From: Convolutriloba macropyga | Taxonomy: Eukaryota | Direction of reading: 5' to 3' | Length of the DNA stretch: 64,000 bases | NCBI RefSeq assembly: GCF_964194025.1 | Contig: NC_134478.1 | Span: 15,376,001-15,440,000 of the forward strand | Notes under the pieces: generated by a model | The model's input: the letters and a program-made list of their open reading frames with translations, nothing else | What the model was told of the DNA's origin: nothing | Databases searched by the model: none | Shown here: positions 13,447 through 24,853 of the stretch, piece after piece | Position numbering within the stretch: position 1 is the stretch's first letter | Layout of the letters: every line of letters starts with the position of its first letter | Position numbers and translations under genes: made by a program

Positions 13447-14686
13447 ATGGCTTAACCACATATCTCTCTCAGCCCATTCTCGGGCCTCGAACGTGAAAAT
13501 TGGCGCGAGTTTGAAGCTTTATTACGCAGTATCATAGCAGTAACAGCAGTCCCTAATGATCAACAAGCAAACTTCTAGCGACTTCACTTAAAAGACGGAG
13601 CCCTTAGATTTTTTCTAAAACTAGCTGAAGCTACTCAAAACAACTCAGAAAATGCACTCACAGCACTAAGAAATCAGTATTGTGACCCAAATTTTAGAGA
13701 AGTTCATGCAATAAAGTTAGAGAACTTTAAGTTTATACCGGGAAAAACAACGCCAGAGGACCTTCTAGTACGGATTCAAACATGCGCACATCAAGCTTAC
13801 CCAGATCATATTTTGCCAGTTGTAGCGCCAGCTGCAATTGACGCAGATAGTCCTAGGTTTGACAGCGAAACCGCTGTAAATGCGGAAAGGTTAGCAAGCG
13901 CAGGCAGAAACAGAGAAAGTCAAATTAAAAGAGCATTTATCAGAGCAATGCCAAACTGGCTACGCTTTAAACTGTTTGAACTTCCTGAAAATGCTACCCC
14001 ACAAGAAGCATGTAACGCAGCCCGAAAAAATTTAGTTTTGAAGGACCTTTGTCCCACAGATGAATGGTCACCAGGATCAGTTCGCGAAATTCAACAAGGA
14101 GTTACTGAGAATTTAGTAAATGCGCTCACAAAAATGGGCCAAGCACAAGATTCAATAGACAAAAATTTCGGAACTGACACGTAATTTTGTTGATAGTCAA
14201 ACCCGACAAGAAGGAAGCTCGCAGAAAAACATTACTCAGAACATACAAGGTGGCGGAAAATTTTTTAAACCGCGAAATTGGAATAACTCAGGTCAGCGTT
14301 CGTTTAGACCAAATAACAATCAGTGGGGCTACCAAAATTATCAATAAAATACAAATAGACAAAAACTTCCAAGAAATAGAAACCTACAATGGCAATTTGC
14401 ATTCCAAACATCTCCCCAGTAGTTTTACCAGAACCAATTTCCAGCACCAAATCAATATAATCAACAAACAAGTCAGAGCCAATTTTCCGAGCAAAACCCC
14501 CAGGTTTCCCAAAGTTTCCAGACAACAGATCAGAGTTTCCACTACCCACATGTGCAATCGGCACCAAAAATATGCTTCAAATGTGGATATCCCAACCATT
14601 TAGCAAAGGACTGTCAAACTTCAAGTAACCAAAATGCTAATCAGTACAAATCTGAAACGTTACCGTTTCCGATGCAAAAAAACTAA
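13447..14686 (+). pseudogene. gag: gag (premature stops and frameshifts) with C-terminal CCHC zinc knuckle
   Basis: MA*PHISLSPFSGLERENWREFE..LHLKDGALRFF capsid-like start; CFKCGYPNHLAKDC at ~14572-14613; stop TAA 14684-14686. Confidence 0.9.
14677..14686 (+). promoter_or_regulatory. -1 ribosomal frameshift slippery site A_AAA_AAC at the gag/pol junction
   Basis: CAA AAA AAC TAA ends gag; the -1 frame (from 14683) is open without stops into the protease ORF at 14833. Confidence 0.85.
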
Positions 14687-17600
14687 CTAAGCCACAGCCA
14701 AATGAGTCCAATAAAAAACAAAAGAATATAAAAAAAACTCAAAAAATTCATCATAATCATCATGTAGAGTCATCATCTATAAATGCTGTTATAACGTTAG
14801 AAGGAGAAGAATTCTATGTTCAAATTAATTTCTTGAAAAATTTTAAACGTCGAGCACTACTTGATACAGGAGCAACAACAAGTGCATTGTCGGAGTCAGT
14901 TTTATTGGAGCTACAGAAAAACAGCGTAATAAATAAAAGCTCTTATTGTGAACCAAAATTCAGTCAAGTTAAAACAGCATCAGGCCAAGAAATGAACATT
15001 GATAAACAAGTGTCAGTCGATTTCCACATCGGAGACTACAAGTTCGCAGAAGACTTTTTAGTGCTACCTAAAATGAATAACATAATTATTGGAAATTCAT
15101 TTTTCATAAAATGTAATATCCAAATTTGAGACAAAATACTCAAGTTTGAAGACGTCTGTTCATTTGAATGAACTCAAACCTGTATCAGGCAGACGTAGAA
15201 TATTGAAACCTTGCAAGTTCAATTTAACTGCTGCAAGAAAAATAACTATTGAAGCACAGTCACAGAGAGTCTTAGAATGCAAATTTGAGGACTCACAGCC
15301 TGAAATCAAACATTGTAGTAGAGTCGTTAAGCCTCAAAAACAGTTTGAAACAGATAAAGAGTTAGCTCAGCAATAGTAACAACAACTGAGACAAACACAG
15401 TTTTTCTCCCAGTTATAAATTTCAACACTCACCCAATTACAATAAAAATAAACACACCAATAGAACAATTTAAAGTTTTAAACTTCCAGGAGTTACAAAA
15501 ACTTCAGCATGTTAGTGCAGATACTATACAATTAGCAAAACTGAGAGATGAATCAAACTACTTAGCAGAAGTTAACAAATTAATAGAAATACCAAAAGCG
15601 CAACAAATTGAGAAACCAGCACCAGAATACGAGAAATTTTGGTTTCCAACTCCGGAAAACTGTCCAGACATAACCTGTCTATCAAATTGGCAAAAACAGG
15701 TATATGATGAAATAAGTGAGTACAGAGAAAGAGAAAAAATTAACCCAATAGAAAATCAGAGAGATAGGAATGAGTTTTTACAACATTTTTCTTGGCAAGA
15801 CTCAATCTTATCAGACACAGAGCGTAAACAAGTTGAACAACTCCTAGTAGAAAATTTTGACGTATTTGCTAAACACAGATTTGATGTTGGCTACAACTCC
15901 GAACTGCAAATAAAATTGACACCATCACATGAGTTACCTGTGTATTTACAAAGCCTTCACACTCCAATTCATCTTAGAGACGAACTTCTGACTGAATTAG
16001 CTTTGATGCACTACTTTGGACTAATAACAACTTTGTCAAACTCAAAGTACGGAGGTCCTATTTTTGCACAACGTAAAGAATCGGGTAAACTCCGCATTCT
16101 CATTGATCTCCGTCGAATAAACCATTTACTACGAAACGACTACCTAAATTTAAAGTTTCCAATTTCAGATATGCAAGATGCAGTTAATCATTTTGCTGGA
16201 AAGAAGCTATTCTGCAAGCTTGATTGCTCTCAAGCTTACCACTGTGTACAGATGGCTGATGATGTTTCTGTACAACTACTATCATTTAACTTCGCATCTC
16301 GAACTTACGCATATAAGTGTCTCGCACAAGGATTAAGCAAATCAGTAACTGGATTCAGCGCTTTTATTAGACATTACCTGGATCCTTGCCTAACAGCAAA
16401 TGTGTGTACCCAATATATGGATGACATAGGAAGTGGAGCTGAAATTGTTACCGAACTTCTGAGAAATCTTGAGCAAATAATTGATTGTGTCAGAAAATCG
16501 GGGTTAGAACTCTCACCCAAAAAATGTATATTTGGAACAACCAAAATTAAATTTTTGGGAAACATACTTACGCCAGCTGGAATTCAACCAGAAAGTAAGA
16601 AAATAGATAAATTTCTGTCAAAAATGAAAATGCCACAGACCGTAAAGCAGGTAAAGAGATTGATTGGATTTGTCCAGTTCTTTCGCAATCATATACCTAA
16701 GCTAAATGAAGTCTTGATACCTTTTTACGAACTTCTCCAAAATTCAGCATTTTTTGCAACAAGTGATCGTCATCAAGAAGCTCTAGAACAGATACGTAAT
16801 GCCTTGAGGAAAGCAACAACTGTTGTACTCAGATTTCCAAAACCAGGGCTCCAGTATGTTATATTATATGACGCAAGCTACCATGGAGCTGGATACGTAC
16901 TTCTAACTGAAGATTATCTGAAAGATGACAAACACAAAGAACAGAAAACATATGCTCCAGTTTATTTCGGCTCGAAACTATTTAACAAAGCACAGCTTAA
17001 ATTGTCAATCTTCTGTAAAGAATTTCTTGCATTATATTTCGCATTGGAAGAATTTTCTCACTATATTTGGGTAGCAGAAAAGCAAGTTTTAGTTTTCTCA
17101 GATAATAAAAGCCTAACCCAGTTCTTCAAGGCATGAACACTTCATCCTTCGCTTTGGGGATACTTGGACAGAGTACTAGCGTACAATATTGCCTTAGCAC
17201 ACATTCCAGGTAAAGCAAACGTTACCTTCAGAGCAACATTACCCAAGTGATGTAATGCAAATTGATATTATAGGTCCGTTTGACAGTAATCAATGCAGAT
17301 TTGCACTAACAGCAGTCGATGTATTTTCTAAGTACATTTTTGCCATTCCACTTTCAAACGCAGATGCACCAACAGTAGCAAAGTCCTTAGTTTCCATTTT
17401 TTAAGACATAGTTACATACCGTACATGATAATAGCAGATTTAGGCTCAGTTTTCACTTCTGACTTTATGCATGAATTAGCGAGTCTTCTCGAGATCAAAC
17501 TAAGACATGCAACCCTTAAACATGCACAATCAGTGGGAGTGGTTGAGCGATCTCACCTTTCTATGAAAAGAATCCTTAGATTGGATTCAAATCAAACAGG

Positions 17601-19441
17601 CAGTGACTGGCATAAATGGTTAGACATAGCAGTGTTTATACATAACACATCTTACTCCTCAGCTATAGGGTGCTCAACAACCTTAGTCTTTCATGGCCGA
17701 GAACCTCATAAAACACTGGATGTTAGATTTAACATCAAAGCCATTCAAGCAGCCATGCCAAGTTCAGACTTTCTTGTTACCTTACAAGATGCAATGACAC
17801 AACATTTTTCTCGAGTCAAAGAGAAACTTGTCACAATGTATCACAAGAAGTTATTACGATGACAAAGCGGAAGCTAAACCCTTAGAATTATTTTCCTATT
17901 GTCTTTTGTTTAATCCGCGCTTAGTAAATCAATCTGATCTTAGTCACAAAGCAGTCCAAATTTGGCTCCCGCTATACAGAGTTGAAAAAGTTCTTACAAA
18001 CTCTAACTATCTGATCCGAAAAGTTGAAACGCCATTTGCGCAATGTGTTCATAGGATCAGAATACGACCAATAGTACCACAGACCAGAATAGACAATATT
18101 GATACATTAACAACCAAATTTGTTGCAGACCCCAGTTTGAGCAAATTTAGACAAGAACCTCAACTTTTTGACGAAAAAGTTGGGAAATTGTTCGAAGAAG
18201 AGTACTATGAAGATGGAACAACAAGCAGTAACGAAAACGGTCTTAACACCCCTTCAGCGCAAGTATATTGGAGTTATCCTATAGGTCATCCAGAACCAGC
18301 ACTACCAAACGGCCCTGGAACACCACCAAGGGCACCAAGTCCCCCAAATATTTTTGAACCGCCGGAAGTACAATCTGACGAAGAACTAGTCCTATTTGTT
18401 GACGATGCAGCCCCTGCTGAACCATTTGAGGATCTATCAGTTGCCAATCGTAGTATTGATGAGTCTGAGGAGCCATTAATAACAATACAAGGCCATAACA
18501 ATGTATTGAAAATTGAAAGTCCAAGATCAACAAAATCAAAATTCCCATTAGAGATGCTAACTGGAGCAGAGGACCTGATTCACCGGTCAGCACTACGCCA
18601 ACCCCATCACCAGTGGCTAGCAATCTTCGTAGGTCGTCGCACATACCCAAAATGCCAATACCAATCTACACAGAACCAAAAATTTCAAAGGAAAAAAGAG
18701 TAACATTCAAAGAGCCTTCAACTTCGAAATCAAACAGAGGAGATAGATCTCGTAAAACTCAAACGGTAGATGAAGCACTGAGCGAATTTGGTATGCGAGA
18801 CTATAGCTCTATAGGTGATCTAGCAAAAACTATAGAAAAACGTAGAAAAGAAATGGAAAACGAGAAAACAAACAACCCGTCAACTTTGATAGAATCAAGT
18901 TCAAAGCAAGATACTTCAAAAAAAAACAAGTCCAAAAAAGCAAACTCAGTAGTTCTACGCAATCTCTGACAAAAGGGGACTACCCTTGTTTTGAGCTATG
19001 CAATATAATTTGCATGAGAGCGGAAATGAAAGAAATAAACGGCAATATTGTACAAAGTACATTTTCTGATTCATTTTTTTCGAAACTTGGCAAAATCTTG
19101 CAAAATTTTGTCCTAACTTGGTAAATAATGACGTACCAACTAACAATAACCTTGCACCCGGCTCAATACGTGTTCATTACGATAGTTACTCGGACCGATT
19201 TGTATATAATCTCACCATAAAACAAAAAGTTTCGAAAAATGAGTTGATAGCAAAAGTTTACCAATCGCTCATTTTACTAAGAAACCATGCCGTAGAAAAT
19301 CGTTTGACCCATATTTTTGTACCAAGACTAGGCATTGATCTCGACGTAGTGCCCTGGCAAGCAGTGAAGCAATTTTTTCAGAATATCTTTGGACAAACAG
19401 CGCTAAAGGTTGTGATAGTTTTTGCAACAGCAATTATTTGA
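14683..19441 (+). pseudogene. pol: pol: aspartic protease, RT, RNase H, integrase core, long low-complexity C-terminal extension ending in a macrodomain; stops, frameshifts and an internal deletion
   Basis: LLDTGA; LRILIDLRRIN, KLDCSQAYH, QYMDD; YDAS..KEFLAL..SDNKSL; integrase IDIIG / ADLGS / VERS (D,D,E). Confidence 0.93.
19026..19441 (+). pseudogene. TARG1/OARD1 (Poa1p-like) macrodomain
   Basis: MKEINGNI (beta-1-like, 19026, frameshifted), then RFVYNLTIKQK...QSLILLRNHAVENRLTHIFVPRLGIDLDVVPWQAVKQFFQNIFGQTALKVVIV, aligning by eye to TARG1 [45 protein letters not shown]...FEATDIKITVY. Confidence 0.88.
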
Positions 19442-20645
19442 ACTTGAATATCTCGCAAACTTAACAACAATTTCGATCAAACATTAGAAAAACATGGCCC
19501 CCATGGCTTCATCTTATTATGTGTCAATAATTACAGCCAGTTTGTACCATTTGGGCAAATCAATTAAAATATCAAAAAATCACAAAACTGAAATTTTTGA
19601 CCAAACTTTGAAAAGCAAATAAATTACAACTGATAGATAGATGACCTCAAAAAAGCGCTTAAATCTCCTTACAATATGCCGTGGGGAAGCAGGGTAACAA
19701 AAAAATGCAAAAGTTTGTGTCAAAAACTCAAGAAAAACGAAAAAACCACCCAAAATGTAGAAAAAACGCAAAAACTGCCCGTTTTTGCCCAAAAATACGC
19801 AAAGTTCTATGTGAAGGCATCCCTGTAGGAACACCAAACCCTACCATTGTTCCTGTGACTGCCTGCCACGTTTGCTGAAATTTGAACAATAACTTACGAG
19901 TTATTAGCTTTTTGTCAAAAAGAGAAAAAAATGGAAAAATTAGAAATTTAGGATTTTTCCATTGGCTATTTTCCCAACTTATAATCACACTAGAGTCCCG
20001 TCTTGAACCATACTAAAAGGAATTAGGAACAACAATTCCCTATCTATTATAAGTTAGGAGAACTGACCACCAAAAATTGCCAAAAATCGGATCCTAAAAA
20101 GTGCGATTTTCAATGCAAAGGTAGCCCTAGAAAACTGAAAAACAAATCACCATTTCTGACTACACTCAAATTAAGTTCACATCAATACCTCACTACATGC
20201 AAAAAATCTCCTTAAAATTCGCTTTATTTGCAGAGTTATACATCTTTCGTGGTCAAAAATTTTCAGACCTCAAAAATCGCCATTTTTGCCGAATTTCGAT
20301 ATCTTTACAACCAATATAAAAAAACACATTTTAGCTTGTTTTTTTTGGCCCAGTATCGAACTTGGTTAGCACAAAATTAAAGCCACACCAGTGTAAGGTC
20401 AAATGTTGTTAATTTTTTGAATTTTGAACTTTAATCGGATGTCCAAATTTTGACCCCGAAACTTGGGTGAAAAATAGGCAAATTGCAAGTTATCTCACAA
20501 GTTACTGGTTAAATCAACGCAAAAACCACATCACAACTACGCTCTAATCTGATTGTTAACTAGAAACTCAGTTAGCATGCAGTTAAAGCCCACCATCAAA
20601 GCAAATTTTCACTCCAACCTGTTAATACTAGATGTGAAAAATAGC

Positions 20646-21266
20646 TTAAATTTTGCAACTTACAAACAGAGAAGCTACAGGCCCTTCTACACGGCGAGTT
20701 TGCCTCCGTTGTTGAAACCTACCCTGAGTTATAGCCTTCCTCGCTTTTTCTTGCTGTTGGGGGCTAATAAATGTAGAGACTGAGAGTAACGAAGTCCATT
20801 GGTTGTCTTGCGCAGGAGTCAAAACACAATGGTAACATCCAAACGGTAAATAAATAGTGTCACCAGGAAGCTGCAACCCCTGCGCGCAGCTAGTTTTGAG
20901 CTTTGGTAATAACATTAAAAGGCTCTCAAGAGTTCCACTTAGCCTCTCGAAGTCACTGGCTAACTTTCCAGGAGAAAGAAAAATCCATAACTTTTTTGAG
21001 GTGCCGTGAAGGGTTATAAAAGCGTCTGCAGGATCTTCCCAGTCGCAATGAAAACTTGTATACTGCTTGCCGCAGCTTAAAACATTAAACCCAAATGACC
21101 AGGGTGCTTTTGTGTAACCATCAGGAAGTGAAAAATTAATAAAACTCTCCGTTTTCAAAGGTAAACAATCATTATAGATAGGAGTTTTAAAATAACCAAT
21201 TTTCTCTTGATTGCATGTTAACTTCTTTAGAACTGTCGAAAATTTTGATGCACTATACAAAGACTG
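20646..21266 (-). CDS. JmjC-domain 2-oxoglutarate/Fe(II) dioxygenase, terminal exon (antisense cargo of the LTR element)
   Basis: YTSFHCD (HxD), GTSKKLWIF, LQLPGDTIYLPFGCYHCVLT (distal His); acceptor GTCGTTTTAG at 21267-21268. Confidence 0.88.
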   Translation of the reverse strand, partial: QSLYSASKFSTVLKKLTCNQEKIGYFKTPIYNDCLPLKTESFINFSLPDGYTKAPWSFGFNVLSCGKQYTSFHCDWEDPADAFITLHGTSKKLWIFLSPGKLASDFERLSGTLESLLMLLPKLKTSCAQGLQLPGDTIYLPFGCYHCVLTPAQDNQWTSLLSVSTFISPQQQEKARKAITQGRFQQRRQTRRVEGPVASLFVSCKI

Positions 21267-21346
21267 CTAAAACGACAAACAAAAACGATGATAAATTGCC
21301 TAGCCCATACTAAAAATCTTTAAAAAAATTGAACTTCTATACTTAC

Positions 21347-21507
21347 ATCTAAATTTTTGTCCGTGTAACGAATTAAAGGCTCGCGAATAATAAAGGGCTG
21401 ATTTCGTACAATTTCATGCCCCAAGCCTTCCCTTACAGTAGGAATTTCACTTCTTACAGTCTCAGAAACGGCCTCAAGTTTATCCGTTGGATCTCAAATA
21501 CGCCAAT
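21347..21507 (-). CDS. JmjC gene upstream exon (one in-frame TGA at 21494-21496)
   Basis: ..EIPTVREGLGHEIVRNQPFIIREPLIRYTDKNLD then GTAAGT donor (21346-21341), phase 0, in frame with QSLYSASK; candidate acceptor CTCTAG at 21508-21509. Confidence 0.7.
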
Positions 21508-22358
21508 CTAGAGTAGTAGCGAAAAGAAGCAAATAGCCAAGCCAAATTAACTAAACACACGAACACAATTGCTCAGAAATTTCAAATTTCCCCGCATGTA
21601 ACGATAAAACAACACACGTTACGTTAACGCAACAGACTCAGTACAAGTGCTTAATAATGACCTCATGTAAGATTAAACCCATCATACGTACTTAACAACA
21701 AACATGCTGTATACTGCTTGTAACTACTTAACAACTTCGTGGCTAAATTTAAATGCAAGAAACATACGCAGTCAGAATCTAAATTTGTCATCCTATTTTC
21801 CCAGTCTCCGGATCAATGATCGCATACTTCTTAGCGCTGCAGAAAGAATTATCAACAGAGGCAATAGCAAAATGAGCACGATCCAGGAAAAGTCATAAGA
21901 CTGTTCTGATTGCACATCAGCTGGAAGCGCAGCAACAGGACATATTGGAGCTTGATCCCGAGTGGAAAAAATTGTCAAGCCTGATTGATCCCATTAATGG
22001 GTTCCATTTAAGCAACAGAGTACGCCGAATACCCCAAAGGAAATGTTGAAACTTTTTTAACTGAAAAACTCAATCCACTTTTAGCTACCAATTTCTTCAG
22101 ATCGGAACGAAGTCTACTGAAGTGAACAAAATAAATTTAAGTAGAAAAGATATGGAAAAAGGAAAACGCTAGAAGTGATTAAAATTTATTATGACAAAAC
22201 ACTCAGTGATAAACATTGCAAAACAAAGCACCAAAAACAAATCAAGATCACAGGATCATCAGTAATCTCTGTTGCTCTCATCACAATCATCCGAATAGTT
22301 TTCTATCATTTGTCTCATGGTCCACCTAAGCAGTACGAATATAAATGTTTTTAGGAAA

Positions 22359-24667
22359 ATGCGCTTAACCCGGTTGGTGGGATGCAGCATAATTGCTGCA
22401 ATACTGTTTGAAATCGATAAAAACATGGCATTCACGCAAATTGAGGAAAATCGAGAAAACGCAGAAAGTTTGTCAAAAGGAGTAATATTCCACGAAAATT
22501 CGAAGATTCTCCTAGTGGAAAAATGTGTTCCTGTTATATTTCTCGTTCCGTTCCCGCAGTACCATTTTACAGTGAAGGCAGATCTTGAAAAACTGCTAAG
22601 AAAACTTAAAAACATGTGGCATAAACCATCTCTTTTCTGTCCTCTAAATTTTTCCACAAACTTTCAACATAATACGACTGAATTCAACGTGGATTGGATT
22701 CTGCGAAAAATTGAGAATGAATTGGCAATTGCTAGAACAGAGGTTAGCTACCTGCATAAGGAAACACAGCATTTCTTGGAGTCAATACAAGACACAGTTC
22801 CTAATCGCAAAACGAGCAGCGCCAGTTCTGGCAGGATTGGCGGCAATCGGACTTTTTGGAGGAAGAATTGCCTTCGGATCATCTGGTAGCTGCGGAATTA
22901 TTGGAGTATTTGGAGGTTGTCACGATAAATCGAAGAAAAACGCAGAAAACATTCAAAAACTGGCCGACTATACAGAACAGATAGCGACCTACGTCTCACT
23001 TGTAAAATCAGAGACAGACGACAAATTCTTTCTCATTTCGAATGAACTGGCCACTCAGCACAAGATTCAAAATGAACTTATTGAGAACCAGAACACAAAC
23101 TGGGAAATAATTCAAAAGCAGTTCGATTTTTTCGAGAAAAATGTTAGATTGCTTCAAGATTGTGACCAATTACTTTTTTCAAATCAGCAGATAAACTTTA
23201 ATTTTGACACTTAGGCATCGTTACTCAATATGATATACTCAGATGTCAGAAGCTATAGAGCTGCACTTACTGGATTTTGCATGAATCTACTCAATTCAAT
23301 ACCAACACTGTTACAGAAAAGATTACCGATGTCCTTAGTACCTCGAGATTACCTAATGAACATTCTAGACTATGTTGCACGCGAACAGATGAACGCTCGT
23401 GACCGACTGACCCTAGCAATTCCCATGGATGATCTCCTGTCTTACTATAATGCAGAACTGTTGACGGATGCACTATCGATTAAGGAAGGGCTACTTTTAA
23501 CCCTTGCGATCCCGTTGGCTTCTCGTCAAACAGTTTTCACAGTTTTTACTGCAAAAATTGTACCAATGTCACAAAAAGACACTGGACGTGCAATTAGATG
23601 GAAAATAGAAGCTCCATACTTAGCCGTATCATAGGACTCTGTGGAAACAGCAGTGCTAAGCAAAGATCAACTAGGAAAATGTTTAGGATCTTCCAACTAC
23701 AGAATTTGTCATGAGACAATTCCAACGGAGTTGGGACACTCCTCATGTCTAGCCACACTTTTTTTGGGAACGACTATGGACGCCTTACTAACGTGTCCAA
23801 CCGAAAATGTTTCACCAGTGATAGAGGCAGCAGAAAACCTAGGATATGGTATCTGGGTAATCTTGTCAGCGACGGACACATTTACCATGCGAGAGTCTTC
23901 CATGGATAGTTCAAACGCTTTCCAAGTCAGAACTTACCCTGGTTGCCAAATATGTATTATCGCATTGGAATGTGGTAAGCAAATTACGACTCCACACTTG
24001 AAAATTAAGATCTGACCTAGGAAGCTGTCACAAGATTCCAGCAATTAAAATTCAAGTAGAACTTTCTGACCCTCTCCAGCATTTATTGACTGAAGCGCCA
24101 GAAATAGACCAACTCCCATATTTCAACAATAAAGATCAGGCCAGTCTTACTCTTATTAGACAAGTGCAAGAAAAATTAGTAAAAATACCGTCAATGAGAA
24201 AAACAGAAAACCTTGCACAGATAGCCAAGCCAATCGCCATTCAAATGACACATTTGAAACCTGTCTTGAGTAACACCTTTGAGAGCTACATGCCGTTTAA
24301 ATACGCGCTCCTTATGGGAGTGGTATCATTCTTAGTTTCATTGGCCTTGCACTTACTATGCATGTATCTTTATAACAGATTTAGCTCTGTACGCCGTTTA
24401 GTCCCGAACTTTATGAAGGTAGGTAAACAAAAGGTTCCAGTCAAACCAATGGTCGTAGTGGACAGAACTCACTTTCGAAAAATAGCAGGAGAGTGAGATA
24501 AGTGGGAAAAGCGTGCACATGTTGTCATGAAAAAGTCCAAATCGGAAAACAGCCTTAGAGCCCCTGACAATGAAAGGGAGGAAGAGCTTACGGAGCGGAG
24601 AAAAAGTCTATGCTCGGTATATACAAAAGGTGACTCCATAAACGACTTCGAAGAAGTCAATGTGTAA
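22359..24667 (+). pseudogene. env: env, class I fusion glycoprotein (baculovirus-F/errantivirus/paramyxovirus-F-like), disrupted
   Basis: Signal-like MRLTRLVGCSIIAAILF; basic cleavage site NRK(fs)R followed by fusion peptide AAPVLAGLAAIGLFGG; heptad repeat; Cys-rich region; TM YALLMGVVSFLVSLALHLLCMYLY; cytoplasmic tail to TAA 24665-24667. Confidence 0.88.
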
Positions 24668-24835
24668 ATTTTTCATTTATAAAATGTCTATCCTTCTATA
24701 TTTGAAACTTTCTGTAAATCATTCATTAATATTGCAAAAAATTTGGACTCAATTAAGCTGTGGTAAATTGGTGTAAAGACATATCTGTAGCCGTATATTC
24801 TTAATTTTTTTTTGAAAAAATAATATGCTGAAAGC

Positions 24836-24849
24836 AAAAAAAGAGGGAG
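24836..24849 (+). promoter_or_regulatory. Polypurine tract
   Basis: AAAAAAAGAGGGAG ending 4 nt before the 3' LTR. Confidence 0.85.
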
Positions 24850-24853
24850 CTAG

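Noticed and set aside
19580-19988. Cys/His-containing ORFs suggestive of a RING or zinc finger
   Set aside because: Ligand spacing incomplete and no coherent frame; kept only as an unexplained region
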